Of a DNA stretch of 64,000 nucleotides, positions 1-14,628 are shown in pieces. The DNA comes from Eledone cirrhosa (Eukaryota), in contig OZ024747.1 in the NCBI GenBank assembly GCA_964016885.1, forward strand, positions 54,064,001-54,128,000, written 5' to 3'. Numbering within the stretch: position 1 is the first letter of the stretch; the number at the start of each line of letters is the position of its first letter. The notes beneath the pieces are model-generated. The model did no database searches. It saw nothing but the letters and a program-made list of their open reading frames with translations, and was not told where the DNA came from. The translations under genes and the position numbers were made by a program.

Positions 1-83
<83 letters not shown>

Positions 84-106
84 CACCAATGTACTCAACT
101 ACCAAT

Positions 107-138
<32 letters not shown>

Positions 139-146
139 AGTGTATA

Positions 147-327
147 AGAGCTTCTACAGGAATAGAAGTGTTTCATTCGTGAGAGATCATCAGGGACCTC
201 CCTGATGATTTCTCACGAATGAAACAGTTCTAGTCCTGTAAAAGCTCTTCTATATTAAAACTTTTATACTCTGCTATGTATTGAGTACCTTACTTACTGT
301 GGTTACCTCCGATTTAACCCGGATTAA

Positions 328-328
<1 letters not shown>
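147..328. mobile_element. Fold-back pseudo-LTR remnant (family HH-A) with two back-to-back hammerhead cores
   Basis: 147-248 is an imperfect palindrome. The + arm reads CTGATGA(202-208)-t-ttc tcac gaa-t-GAAA(221-224)-cag ttctagtc ctg-TA. The tail 250-328 matches 2710-2757 and, in reverse, 33575-33655. Confidence 0.7.
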
Positions 329-374
<46 letters not shown>

Positions 375-402
375 GCTAAAAAGCTTTCTCCGATATTGTA
401 TT

Positions 403-527
<125 letters not shown>

Positions 528-896
528 GGTAGTCAGTACATTGGTGGTGCACTGAGCAAGGTACCAAGATCAGCACTCTCACTCTCACTCTCACTCTCAC
601 TCTATATGTATTCAATTACGACAGTGAAATATACAGGTACGTAATATTCGTTGGGTCGATTTTACCAACTCATTCAGTCTGTCATAATTATGTTTTATTA
701 TGGGAAGCTGAATGAGTTGGGAATAAAAGGCCCAACGAAACTTAAGTACATGTATATGTCACTGTTGTATCTGATTATATAGAACTCGTCCTGTAGTCTG
801 ATATCTCTAAAACCTTAGATATTTATACCAAGTGTGTACTACAATTACACACACAGTCCCCCCCCCCACACACACACACAGACACACACACACACA

Positions 897-953
<57 letters not shown>

Positions 954-1000
954 GTGTGTGCAATGTATATCAAGTGGAGCGCAGTACTTACCATCAACTG

Positions 1001-2310
1001 CTACATAATGCTGTAACTAAGGATTACCGTCAAACTAATCGGTGCGTCATTAATGAAATTAGGTAGACTTAGTAAAAGGATTTTAGGTAGAATTATACCT
1101 GAAATTAGAAGTTTGGCCCCTCTTGCACTGTGGGACAATTCTTTCGCGGTGATTGATTGGTTCAACGGCATATGTAACAAGGAACATTGCCGTTTTATCC
1201 AATTCGACATCAACAATTACTACTCCTCTATCACTTTACCACTTCTCCTTAGAGCTATCAATTTCGCTAAAACACTCACAGTGGTTAAGGATTTTGAAGT
1301 TGATGTCATCCTCAATGACCGGAAGTCGGTGATTAATTTCGACGACTCTATTTGAAATAAAAAAACTAGTAGTACCCCATTCGACGTGAATATGGACGCC
1401 AGCGATTCTGCGGAAGTTACTGATCTTATCGGCCTTTTCCTTCTTTTCTCTATCAAGGAAGAATTCCCCAATATGGGCGGTGGTTTGTACCGTGATGACG
1501 GTGTTTTGTCCGTGACAAAGTGCGGCCCACATGCTTGCGGCGGTTCAGAAAAGAACTCACAGCCTTCTTTAAAGGCTTCAACCTCTCTGGACAGGTTGAG
1601 GCCAACCTCTCGGTCGTTAATTACCTCGACGATACCCTCAATTTGTCGAATGGCTTGCACTACCCTTATAGAAAGCCGAATGATACGCTTAATTACATAT
1701 ATAAGCATTCTAACCATCTTGCCAGCATAACCAAGAACCTAGTAAGAAACGTTTCTTTGAGGCTTTCCCGTCTATCTACAAACGAGCATATTTTCAACGA
1801 ACATTCCACATATTACAATGAAGCTCTTGTTCGGAGTGGATTTGTCGATAAGGTAGCATATACCGAGTATGAGAATAGACCTAAGAAAAATAGATCCCGA
1901 CGCATTATATGGTATAACTCACATTATAATATGGAGGTGGCAACACCATTAGCTAAGATATTTCTCTCCCGTATTATGAAGCATTTTCCTCCAGCACATA
2001 AATATAGTAAAACTTTTAATAGAAAAACCATTAAAAGCTTTTACTCTACGACTCCTAACCTTGCACATAACATCACAGCTTCAAATTTAGCTAAATTACC
2101 TAGCCATAGGAACACGTGCAACCCTGTAGGTAGTACTAACTGTAATTGTAGGAATCGGGTTGACTGCCCCCTATCCGGGAAATGCCTCTCTAGTAACATT
2201 GTCTACAAATGTAAGGTTGAATCACCCACGCCCCGTAGGGCCTACATAGCGGTTAAACAAGTGTTCTAAATAGCTTGGCAAGCTATTTAGAACACTGGTT
2301 TAACCGCTTT
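1001..2310 (+). pseudogene. Decayed Penelope-like retroelement (RT + start of GIY-YIG endonuclease)
   Basis: Consecutive ORF pieces give RT motifs FIQFDINNYYSSI, FDVNMDASDSAEVTDLIG, LYRDDG and VNYLD..YRKPN..SNH, then CNCRNRVDCPLSGKC..NIVYKC..AYI. In-frame TGA at 1353 and a frameshift near 1520. Ends in a palindrome at 2248-2307. Confidence 0.85.
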
Positions 2311-2610
2311 ACTTCCCTCCGAAGAAGAGATATTATCTCGAAAATTAAGGACATTTAAATAAATCTAAGGTAAAAGACTAATTGTCAAAAATATCTTTTG
2401 CATTTGCATTCTTTATTCTATGTCCATACCTGCATTGCTTTGGCTTTATTATACATATACAAACGTTTATAGCTCATTACACAATGCTTCAAGTGAACTA
2501 TAACCTCCTCCTTTCATATATATATATATTCATATATATATATATATATATAGATATATAGATAGATAGATATATATATATATATATATAGATATACGCA
2601 TATATAGAAA

Positions 2611-2760
2611 ATAGCTTCTATAGGACTACAACTGTTTCATTCGGAAGAAATCATCAGGAAAGCCCTGATGACTTCCTGATGATTTCAAGTCCTGTAGAAG
2701 CTATCTCTATATTAAACTTGATGTTTACTTACTGTGGTTAGCCCCGATTGAACCCGAGAC
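2611..2760. mobile_element. HH-A pseudo-LTR remnant with near-intact hammerhead on - strand (2612-2663)
   Basis: Reverse complement reads gctttc-CTGATGA-t-ttc ttcc gaa-t-GAAA-cag..cta-TA-gaagc; a partial inverted copy follows. Confidence 0.65.
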
Positions 2761-2994
2761 TCATATATATCTATGATTGTGTGCGTGTGCTCATGTGTGT
2801 TTATATAAGTGTACGAATATGTACACATATATGTGTATATATATATGTGTACGAATGTTAGTGTGTATGTGTGTGCAAACTTTTCAAGGATATAACAACA
2901 CGTAATACAAAGTAAACATTTCAGCTTTTCTTTGAAATTATAAATTGAGATGAGTGAATGGGAAAAATCTACGCGTAAAGTAGAGACAAAATGT

Positions 2995-3039
<45 letters not shown>

Positions 3040-3664
3040 TACAATGTATGTATATTACATATATACTATATATTTACCACCATAAAGAGTTATAACATGT
3101 TTAAAGTCGTAAAAAGGGGCTAAAAGGAGATTATTCTTATTTCATTTTAAGAATTCATTTACGAGGTTTCACTTTAAAAATATGTTGTTAAGTTGTTTAA
3201 AAAAATACGATCTCTGTACTCGCTCCAAGTTATATAAATTTATAGATTTTTAAAGTTATGTATTTTCTCGTACAATAAATTTTATTTTTATTTCTTTCTA
3301 AAAGTTCCAAACCTTTTTTTATTTATGAACTCTGCGGAAAGGAAATAAAAAGCTATTTCCAAAAACCCTTATTACCAAAATGTAAAATATATAAATATAT
3401 ATATAAAAAATAGAATTCAAAAGAATTTGATGATAATAAATTTGAAGAACGTAAACAGACATTTCAGTAATTCATCTCCAGGTTTTCAAAGAAATTCATA
3501 CCAAACCTCTTCTTAATATATTCATGTTTGCCTAATAGAGTATATCTTTTAAATTTCATATCCTTGTTGATGATCCAGTTGTTGTTGTTGTTGTTGTTGT
3601 GGTAGTTGTTGATTCTGTTGTTGTGGGTGGTAATGTAGTAGGTTTATTTGTTGTTGTTGATGTC

Positions 3665-3732
<68 letters not shown>

Positions 3733-4044
3733 GGTGATGATGATAATGATGATGATGATGAGGATGATGATGATGATGATGATGAAGATGATGGTGGTGG
3801 TGGTGATGTAAACCGTTGTTAGACATCCTTAATATCATAGCTATAATTGTCATTATGATCATCATCATGATCATCGTTAACATCATCATCATCGTCGTCA
3901 TCGCCGCCATTTTCGTCACCGTCAACATCGCTCCCAGCACCATCTTCGTCACCGTCGCTGACGCCGTCGTCATCGTCGTCGTCGTTATAGTTATTACTGA
4001 TGCCTTTTTCATCATCTCTGTTTAGAATTTAAATGATGGAAGTG

Positions 4045-5625
4045 TGGTGGCTTGATCGGTGATGGCACTGATAGTGGTGGGGTGGTGGTGGAGGTGGTGG
4101 CACTGGTGCTAGTGATAGTGGTGGGGTGGTGGTGGAGGTGGTGCTGCAGCTGCTGTTGCTGGTGGTGGTGGTGGTGCTGGTGGCACTGGTGCTAGTGATA
4201 GTGGTGGGGTGGTGTTGGAGGTGGTGCTGCAGCTGCTGGTGGTGGTGGTGGTGGTGGTGCTGGTGGCACTGGTGCTAGTGATAGTGGTAGGGTGGTGGTG
4301 GAGGTGGTGGTGGTGCTGGTGGCACTGGTGCTAGTGATAGTGGTGGGGTGTTGGTGGAGGTGGTGGTGGTGCTGGTGGCACTGGTGCTAGTGATAGTGGT
4401 GGGGTGGTGGTGGAGGTCGTGGTGGTGGCACTGGTGCTAGTGATAGTGGTAGGGTGGTGGTGGAGGTGGTGGTGGTGCTGGTGGCACTGGTGCTAGTGAT
4501 AGTGGTGGGGTGGTGGTGGAGGTCGTGGTGGTGGCACTGGTGCTAGTGATAGTGGTAGGGTGGTGGTGGAGGTGGTGGTGGTGCTGGTGGCACTGGTGCT
4601 AGTGATAGTGGTGGGGTGGTGGTGGAGGTCGTGGTGGTGGCACTGGTGCTAGTGATAGTGGTAGGGTGGTGGTGGAGGTCGTGGTGGTGGCACTGGTGCT
4701 AGTGATAGTGGTAGGGTGTTGGTGGAGGTGGTGGTGGTGCTGGTGGCACTGGTGCTAGTGATAGTGGTGGGGTGGTGGTGGAGGTCGTGGTGGTGGCACT
4801 GGTGCTAGTGATAGTGGTAGGGTGGTGGTGGAGGTGGTGGTGGTGCTGGCGGCACTGGTGCTAGTGATAGTGGTGGGGTGGTGGTGGAGGTCGTGGTGGT
4901 GGCACTGGTGCTAGTGATAGTGGTAGGGTGGTGGTGGAGGTGGTGGTGGTGCTGGCGGCACTGGTGCTAGTGATAGTGGTGGGGTGGTGGTGGAGGTGGT
5001 GGTGGTGCTGGTGCCACTGGTGCTAGTGATAGTGGTGGGGTGGTGGTGGAGGTGGTGGTGGTGCTGGTGGCACTGGTGCTAGTGATAGTGGTGGGGTGGC
5101 ACTGGTGGAGGTGGTGGTGGTGCTGGTGGTGGTGGTGGTGGTGATAGTGGTGGGGTGGTGGTGGAGGTCGTGGTGGTGGCACTGGTGCTAGTGATAGTGG
5201 TAGGGTGGTGGTGGAGGTGGTGCTGGTGCTGGCGGTACTGGTGCTAGTGATAGTGGTGGGGTGGTGTTGGAGGTGGTGGTGGTGCTGGTGGCACTGGTGC
5301 TAGTGATAGTGGTGGGGTGGTGGTGGAGGTGGTGGTGGTGCTGGTGGCACTGGTGCTAGTGATAGTGGTGGGGTGGCACTGGTGGAGGTGGTGGTGGTGC
5401 TGGTGGTGGTGGTGGTGGTGATAGTGGTGGGGTGGTGGTGGAGGTGGTGCGGCAGCTGCTGTTGCTGGTGGTGGTGGTGCTGGTGCTGGTGGCACTGGTG
5501 TTAGTGATAGTGGCGGGATGGTGGTGGAGTTGGTGCGGCAGCTACTGTTGCTGGTGGTGGGGGTGGTGGTGCTGGTGGCACTGCTGCTAGTGATAGTGGT
5601 GGGGTGGTGGTGGAGGTGGTGAGGC
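4045..5625. repeat. GGT-rich minisatellite, variable ~40-60 bp units
   Basis: Core ggcactggtgctagtgatagtggt(g/a)gggtggtggtggaggt recurs about 30 times with variable (ggt)n spacers. Confidence 0.95.
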
Positions 5626-6229
5626 AGTTTTTGGTGGTGGTGGTGGTGCTCTTTCTGAAATATAACTTTAAAATCTACTGGAATGATACAAAAATATTCA
5701 ACACGAAATATTTTACGTTTCTCTATATCCTGGGTGTTGTTATTGATGATATTGATGAGGATGATGATGATTATGATGATGATCTTGACGACGATGATGG
5801 TGAAGCTGGTGATAATCATGATGATTATGATGATGATGATGAGGATGTTGATACTGTTGGTGTTGTTGCTGCACAAGCATGGCAGCATGGTGATGGTTGA
5901 GACGGTGGTATTGGTGGTGTTTATGATGGTGTTGGTGGTGATGCTGATAATGATGATGATGATGACGACGATGATGATGATGATGATGATTATAGTGATG
6001 ATGGTGGAGGTGGTTGTGAGGTGTTGTGGCTGCTGCTGCTGATGATGATGATTGTGCTGGTGGCATCGATCATGATTTCAATATTGTTTATGCTACGGAT
6101 ATAATTGCTGTTGTTGTTGTCGTTGTTGTTGTGGTATCTTAGTTCGTTCCTCAGCACCACGACTCTACACACCACTGCCTCCACCAACAACAAGAACATG
6201 AAGCTAACCCCAAACCTCTACAACTAACG

Positions 6230-8345
6230 CAACTTCACCAACAAACACCACCTACAACACCACCAACTTGATCACCAACAACAACAGCAACAACAACACC
6301 AACAACACCAACAACACCAACAACACCAACAACACCACCAACAGCATCACCAACATCACCACCAACACTAACCACGACACCTCCGACAGCAACAACATAA
6401 CCAACAACATTTACAACAACATTTCCAACAACAGTACCACCAACAACAGCAACATCAGCATCGATAACAGCACCAACAACAGCAACATCAGCATCGATAA
6501 CAGCACCAACAACATCACCCACAACACCAACAATAACACCACCAACATCACCACCAACAACATCATCTACAACACCAACAGCAACATCACTAGCAACATT
6601 ACCACTAACTTCATCAGCAACATCACCAGCAAGAACACTAAAAGCAGCACCACCACCACCAACACCAACAACACCACCAACACCACCAACACCACCGACA
6701 CCACCAACACCAGCAACAGCAGCACCAACACCACCAACAGCACCAACACCACCAACACCACCAACACCACCAACAGCAGCACCAACACCACCAACACCAC
6801 CAACAGCAGCACCAATACCACCAACACCACCACCACCACCACCAATACCACCAAAACCACCAACACCACCAACACCACCAACACCACCACCAACACCACC
6901 ACCAACACCACCAACACCACCAACACCAACACCAATACAACCAACACCACGACCAACACCACCAACACCACCAACACCACCAACACCACCAACACCACCA
7001 CCAACACCACCACCAACACCACCACCAACACCACCAACACCACCAACACCACCAATAACACCAACACCACCACCAACACCACCAACACCACCAACACCAC
7101 CACCACCACCACCACCAACACCACGAACACCACCACCAATACCACCAACACCACCACCAACACCACCAACACCACCACCAACACCACCAATACCACCAAC
7201 ACCACCACCACAACCACCAACACCACCAACACCACCAACACCAACACCAATACTACCAACACCACCACCAACACCACCAACACCACCAACACCACCAACA
7301 CCACCACCAACGCCACCACCAACACCACCAACACCACCAACACCACCAATAACACCAACACCACCACCAACACCACCAACACCACCAACACCACCACCAC
7401 CACCAACACCACGAACACCACCACCAATACCACCAACACCACCACCAACACCACCAACACCACCAACACCACCACCAACACCACCAATACCACCAACACC
7501 ACCACCACAACCACCAACACCACCAACACCACCAACTCCACCAACACCACCAACACCACCAACACCACCAATACCACCACCACCACCACCAACACCAACA
7601 ACAACACCACCAACACCACCAACACCACCACCAACACCACCAACACCACCAACACCACCAACAACCCTACCAACACCACCAATACCACCAACACCACCAC
7701 CAACACCACCAACACCACCAACACTACAAACACCACCACCAACACCACCAACACCACCAACCCCACCACCAACACCACCAACACCACCAACACTACAAAC
7801 ACCACCACCAACACCACCAATACCACCAACACCACCACCAACACCACCAACACCACCAACACCACCAACACCACCACCAACACCACCAATACCACCAACA
7901 CCACCAACACCACCACCACCAACACCACCAACACCACCAACACCACCAACACCACCACCAATACCACCAACACCACCACCAACACCACCAACACCACCAA
8001 CAATACAAACACCACCACCAACACCACCAATACCACCAACACCACCACCACCACCATCAACACCACCAACACCACCAACACCACCACCAACACTACCAAT
8101 ACCACCAACACCACCACCAACACCACCACCACCACCAACACCAACAACACCACCAACACCACCAACACCACCAACACTACAAACACCACCGCCAACACCA
8201 CCAATACCACCAACACCACCACCAACACCACCAACACCACCAACACCACCAACACCACCAACACCACCTGCAGCAGCACCAACACCACTAACACCACCAA
8301 CACCACCAACACCACCAACACCACCAGCACCACCATCACCGCCAA
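6230..8345. repeat. (ACC/AAC) cryptic trinucleotide array, 9-12 bp units
   Basis: Continuous accaccaac / accaccaccaac units; they generate the stop-free T/N, G/V, V/L and W/C ORFs. Confidence 0.95.
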
Positions 8346-8457
8346 CGCCATCACAATGTGTCAAAAACCTCCGCAAAAATACAAAAGAAAAAAAAAGAAA
8401 TATAAAAGAAGCGACAGCGAACTTCGTTGAGCGGAAGCAGCCAACACGTCCACTGCT

Positions 8458-9246
8458 ACCACAACGACTAACACAAGTAAAACCCTACCCCCAGCACTTC
8501 TAGGGCTACCACTAGCATCACCATCCCTACCACAACGACTAACACAAGTAAAACCCTACCCCCAGCACTTCTAGGGCTACCACTAGCATCACCATCCCTA
8601 CCACAACGACTAACACAAGTAAAACCCTACCCCCAGCACTTCTAGGACTACCACTAGCATCACCATCCCTACCACAACGACTAACACAAGTAAAACCCTA
8701 CCCCCAGCACTTCTAGGGCTACCACTAGCATCACCATCCCCACCACAACGACTAACACAAGTAAAACCCTACCCCCAGTACTTCTAGGACTACCACTAGC
8801 ATCACCATCCCTACCACAACGACTAACACAAGTAAAACCCTACCCCCAGCACTTCTAGGACTACCACTAGCATCACCATCCCTACCACAACGACTAACAC
8901 AAGTAAAACCCTACCCCCAGCACTTCTAGGACTACCACTAGCATCACCATCCCTACCACAAGGACTAACACAAGTAAAACCCTACCCCAAGCACTTCTAG
9001 GACTACCACTAGCATCACCATCCCTACCACAAGGACTAACACAAGTAAAACCCTACCCCCAGCACTTCTAGGGCTACCACTAGCATCACCATCCCTACCA
9101 CAACGACTAACACAAGTAAAACCCTACCCCCAGCACTTCTAGGGCTACCACTAGCATCACCATCCCTACCACAAGGACTAACAAAAGTAAAACCCTACCC
9201 CAGCATTTCTACGGCTACCACTAGCATCACCATCCCTACCACAACT
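8458..9246. repeat. 71-bp minisatellite, ~11 copies
   Basis: Unit accacaacgactaacacaagtaaaaccctacccccagcacttctagg(g/a)ctaccactagcatcaccatccct; starts at 8458, 8529 and onward; near-identical copies. Confidence 0.97.
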
Positions 9247-9285
9247 AAAACTATCACCACCATCGCCAATACTTTTTATTTTCTC

Positions 9286-9652
9286 GGTAGCCTTGTATCG
9301 GTAGAGGGTCGGACGTCATGCGTTCCAGCATAGTTACGTCCCTTTACGGTCTGAGTTCAAATCCCGGCGAGGTTAACTTTGCCTTTCATCCTTACGGGGG
9401 TCGATCAAATAAAGTACCAGCAATGTACTGGGTAATTGCTGACCTTGTGCCTAAAGTAGAAACAATTATATTGGCAGTATCGGTAGAGGATCGGACGCCA
9501 TGCTTTGATGCAAAGAGTTACGTCCCTTTACGATCTGAGTTCAAATCCCACCGAGGTTAACTTTGCCTTTCATCCTTATGGGGTTGATCAAATAAAGTAC
9601 CAGTAATGTATTGGATAATTGCTGGCCTTGTGCCAAAAGTAGAAACAATTAT
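9286..9652 (+). mobile_element. Head-to-tail dimer of tRNA-derived SINE (octopus-type family)
   Basis: Two ~185-bp copies (9286-9470, 9471-9652), each with B-box gagttcaaatccc, body gaggttaactttgcctttcatcc..gtcgatcaaataaagtaccag and end gtagaaacaatta. Confidence 0.85.
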
Positions 9653-9907
9653 GAATATTACGAATGTTAACTGGAAAGATTAACACAGAACAAATTTCCG
9701 ACTCCAAGACAATAATTATGGTGAAGTTCTTTGAAGACAGAATGTCAATAGAAACAACTTTCTATGCATATTTTTTGCTATGACGTTTTACCCCTTTACT
9801 AAACATTTAAATATATTTTTTCACTTCAAATTTAATATTGTATAATTTTAAAAGATCGTCTTACATAAAAGATGACATCCACGTATACATATATATATAT
9901 ATATATA

Positions 9908-10140
9908 TTTCACCGTATTTTTGACTAAATGAATTTTAGCCTGATAATGGGGTTTAGAACCCTCAGATAAATGGAAAAAGATGAGTATTGACGTACATGT
10001 ACGTCAATACTCATCTTTTTCCATTTATCTGAGGGTTCTACACCCCATTATCAGGTTAAAATTCCTTTAGTAAAAAAATACGGTGAAAGCTATTCTATTT
10101 TCTAATTTCAAACCTAGTCACTGTTTCAAAACATACTTAC
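9908..10140. repeat. ~180-bp loopless palindrome formed from a dispersed repeat
   Basis: 9908-10088 is symmetric about ACATGT (~9995-10000); the right arm plus tail matches 25107-25270. Confidence 0.85.
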
Positions 10141-10201
10141 TTGATATATATATATAAATATATATATAAACTGTTTTCGAAATATGTTTATTTCATTTTA
10201 C

Positions 10202-10351
<150 letters not shown>

Positions 10352-10534
10352 GTGTGTGTGTATAAAATGGTAAATGAATAAAATTATATAAATAAAGAAA
10401 ACAACCAAACCACAGAGAATGTAGAACAGATTTATTCAAATTTTTGAAGAGCATTTGTAACTACACAAAGAGACACACCCTTAAAAAAGATAAACTACTA
10501 CTACTATAACTACTACTGCTGTTGCTGCTGCTGT

Positions 10535-10601
<67 letters not shown>

Positions 10602-10942
10602 GCTACTACTAATACTAATAATAATTACGCTATAAATAATGGTAAAATAATAGAAATGAAAAGAGTTAAAAATGAAGAAAATCTTTTGAAGACAAATCGC
10701 AATGCATATGCTCTTTCTGAAAAAAAGTGTGAAAAAAACAGAATAGCTTAAAATGTCCTTAAACCTACATTAAGACATATTGGAAAGTTTGAAGAAAGAT
10801 TTTGTTTAAAAAAGAATGTATTATGCATTGAAAACATATCTATATATGCTGTTTACGTCTGTATATATAGGTATATGATATATATGTATACATGTATATA
10901 TGTATATAATAGACATGTATATATATGTAAGTATATATTTAT

Positions 10943-11003
<61 letters not shown>

Positions 11004-11429
11004 TTTTTTGTGTGTGTTTGTGTGTGTGTATAAATACATGTAATATAGAAACACAGGCACACATATTGTATAATGTGTAAAACTGCATGCGTATGTCTGA
11101 AGCTATGCGCTGATGATTAAGATTTTCATAATGAAATAAAATGATTGAATGATTGAAAATGGAGAGAAAAAAATGCTTCAGACAGTGAGCAAAGGAAGAA
11201 AGAAAGAAGGAAGATGGATAGAGAGAGGGGAAAAGAACATTACAAAAATGTAACTTTATCTTGTTATCGTGTAAAAATACAGACGTTTTTAAATAGTGGC
11301 CTCAAAGCAAAATAAAATCGTGAGCAACAGGGAGAGAACGAGATCATATTGGGATTAATTGAACAATAACAGCAGCAGTAGTAGCAGCAGCAGTAGCAGC
11401 AATGGTAGCAAGAAGAGCAATAATAATAA

Positions 11430-11640
11430 CTATAACAACATCGAGAGTGATAAAGAAAATTATGAACAGCAAAAACAACAAGAGGAACAACAACTACAAC
11501 AATTGTAACAACGTTGAGAGTGATAAAGAAAAATATGAACAGCACAACAATAAGAATAGTAAGAGTATTAACAACAACAACACTTGTAACAACGTTGAGT
11601 GTGATAAAGAAATATATGAACAGAACAACAACAACAGTGA
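11430..11640. repeat. Degenerate ~75-80 bp tandem repeat, 3 copies
   Basis: gag(a/t)gtgataaagaaa.(t/a)tatgaacag recurs near 11444, 11516 and 11596 in an AAC-rich background. Confidence 0.7.
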
Positions 11641-11831
11641 CAATAGCGGTTTTGGTAAAGTGGGGGAAGAAATACGAGTAATAATAGAATTTTTCAAAAT
11701 TCATTCTACTATAATATGAGAATGTAAGAAACTGCCGCACACATCACACACTCACACACTCAAGTATATCCACACTCCCCCAGACACATATATACATAGG
11801 TATAATATATATATCTCTCTCTATATATATA

Positions 11832-11936
<105 letters not shown>

Positions 11937-12589
11937 CATATATATATACTTACATGCATGCATACATACTTTCATAAATATATATTTACATTCTTATATA
12001 CATACATATATACATGCATTATATCTTACGTAAACTCACACACACATACAAACACAAAAACACACTACTTTGGATTTATGTTTTTTCAAATATTCTTTTT
12101 TCGATGTTTTTTTTTTCTTTTTTTTTTGTCTTATTTTCTACCTCATTCCATTTCTTTTGTATTTTCTCACGACTTTGACATCACACAAATGTGAAGTTTT
12201 TTTCTGTGTGGAAGTGTGAAAGAAAGAATTTATAAGAATACTTAATTTTAAATTACGTACTTGTATGTAGTCATATTATTTAAACGTTATATTTCTCTGA
12301 CATGCATGTGATGTAGAGGGATGGGCAAACATTTATATGAATAGTCAATTTTAAATATCTTATATATATATATATATATATATCATTTCTTAAGTATTAA
12401 GCGCTATCTTTTTCCTTTTTATATATGTAAGGACATGTAACGCTGTGTAGACTCGTAGGGGTGCCGTTGTAACTTCTGTCGTGTTTTGTCCATTTAAAAT
12501 ATGACAGAGTCCATCCCTCCCAATGTTTGAACACAGTCGATTGCTTCTAAAGAAGGATGGAGTAAAAGAGTAAGAGTAAGTGAAAAAAG

Positions 12590-12720
12590 ATATGTCGATA
12601 TAATCGACCTCAGTACTGGACTGGTATTATTTTATCTACTTCGAAAATTTTAAAGGCAATGTTGGCTCCTACGTGATTTAAACCCAACGACCCGGAAGAA
12701 ATACTGCCGATTGGCAGCCA
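12590..12720 (-). mobile_element. Highly decayed SINE copy
   Basis: tcgatataatcgacctcagt..ctggtattattttatc..aaaggcaatgttgg resembles the reverse complement of the SINE body. Confidence 0.45.
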
Positions 12721-13069
12721 TTTTATATGAATATTTAAACTTATATAGTAGCATGTATTTACGTTACTTAAACGTCTGCTAAACTTCCACATAGATGAGA
12801 TATAGCGGGATGGGAAATGACTTCTATAAATAGTTAATTTAAAAAATTAGTTATATAATGCAGCAACATATCTTAAATATTAAGCGTGATGCACTTAGAT
12901 TCTCGCTATTTCTTAATTATTCACGCGTTTTTTATGTATTTCTCGCTAATTCTCGTTTGCTCTAGCTATATACAGGAAGTAATAATTAGAAGCATGGGGG
13001 ACAAAGTGGTGTCTTTCTTCTCCAAACCATCCATACTCACAGCAATCTGTATGGATATGGACATGCATA

Positions 13070-13980
13070 AAATCGAGGCCAGTGTTTGCACTCCCGAGTT
13101 CTATACAGGATTAGTGGTGGGCCAGTGAGACGACGCACTGGGCGTCGAAGAAGTTGAACTAACCAGTCTGTTCCGGAGGACTTTCGAGCCGAGGACGATG
13201 GATAAATTCCAAAGATCCCTCGCCTGGGAATGCTACCAGGGGGGGGGGGGTCACAGCATGTTCGAGATAAACTCTACAGGCATGGAAGAGAAGTCAGATG
13301 GACCTGCCTGAGATACGCGCGCAGAGCGACGAAACTGTTCTGCACGCACACGTCCAATGTCCGTGCATTATGGAGTTATGTCGAACAACTGTTGCCGCGT
13401 GTAGAACGGAACCGGCTATCGGCCGTGTCAATAGTGAAGATCACGCCGCTGCCTTCTTTTGGCTTGAAAGGACAGGAATGTTCCTCCGTCTAGTTGCAGT
13501 AGCGAAAGAGGTTTTATGGTCGACCAGACTAAACGGACTGAAGACAGACAGTTTACTCTTCGGCCAATCCCTCTACGTTTTCAAATCTCATTTGGAAAGG
13601 AAGGTGAGTATGGAGAGAGAAGTGCTGCCCACAGTATATTTGCTGAAAGGTGGGGGAATATGGCGAAAATGACCCGAGTGAGTGAAACTACTTTGATCAT
13701 ACACCTGTAGGCTGGTGAATTTGAGGAGGAGAAGGGTGCCCTGCCTGGGTGCCCTCGAAGGGTCGGTGGTTCAGTATCGGTGGGGTACCTGAATTAACCC
13801 TGTGTGGTTATCCCCCCTATTGGGGAATTTTCCTTATTTTATTTATTTTGTTTATTAATATTCTTTTCCTATTTAATATTCGATTTTTGTGTAAAGCCCC
13901 CACTGTCCCCGTCTATTGTATTGTCCCCTATATGTCGGCCCATGGGGCCAATAAATGAAACCATTATTATTATTATTAGT
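13070..13980 (+). pseudogene. 3' fragment of Tx1/L1-like non-LTR retrotransposon (C-terminal zinc-finger region + 3' UTR)
   Basis: Broken frames give RDKLYRHG..C....SDETVLHAHVQCP and AVAKEVLWSTR; ends aataaa + (att)n. Homologous to 25530-26397. Confidence 0.8.
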
Positions 13981-14146
13981 TGCTAAATTCCAGGTAGTTT
14001 GTATAGAAGAGAAATGTCTTTTTCCTGCGTCAAAATGAACGACAAAGAAGCATTTATTCATAAAATATTTATCGTATCAGTTCTCAAGAATATCCTCAGG
14101 ACATGTTTCAAATATATTTCTGTTTTTTATGTGTGTGTGTGTGTGA

Positions 14147-14271
<125 letters not shown>

Positions 14272-14590
14272 CTGTTTGCCTGTTTAAGCAAGTAAATGGA
14301 TAACATATTTTTTGTCAACATAATAGAATTGTAGCCTGCAGGTCTTGACAGGATAAACACGATGTTTAAAGAATTGAGAAGAAACAACACTATCATTTAA
14401 GATGTTAACTGAATACTGACAATCAATTTCTGTTGATAGTAATAAATTATGATAGTAATAAATTTTGATTGCATATTTTTAAATAATTATTGTATACTAT
14501 GGTTGTCATTCGCACTCTATTTTCACCTGGAAGCATCGTGTACAATAATCTTACATATATAGTTACCTAAACAAGTGAAAGCTGGATATA

Positions 14591-14628
<38 letters not shown>

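Noticed and set aside
1353-1355. In-frame TGA as selenocysteine (as in some Naiad Penelope-like elements)
   Set aside because: It falls where Trp would be expected in a copy that also has a frameshift, so it is simple decay.
3466-3582. Short minus-strand reading frame (WIINKDMKFKRYTLLGKHEY...) as a possible host exon
   Set aside because: No recognisable domain or clear splice sites; too short to support.
6235-8430. 720-aa Thr/Asn ORF (+) and 713-aa Gly/Val ORF (-)
   Set aside because: ACC/AAC repeats lack stop codons in most frames, so several frames are open at once; no signal peptide, domain or splice evidence.
8478-8492. Telomere-like aaaaccct in the 71-mer
   Set aside because: Single non-tandem word per unit, not (TTAGGG)n.
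8458-9246. CRISPR-like regular repeats
   Set aside because: Contiguous tandem units with no unique spacers, no cas genes, and eukaryotic context.
11110-11140. CTGATGA...GAAA hammerhead-like spacing
   Set aside because: No convincing stems I or III or cleavage triplet; expected by chance in AT-rich DNA.
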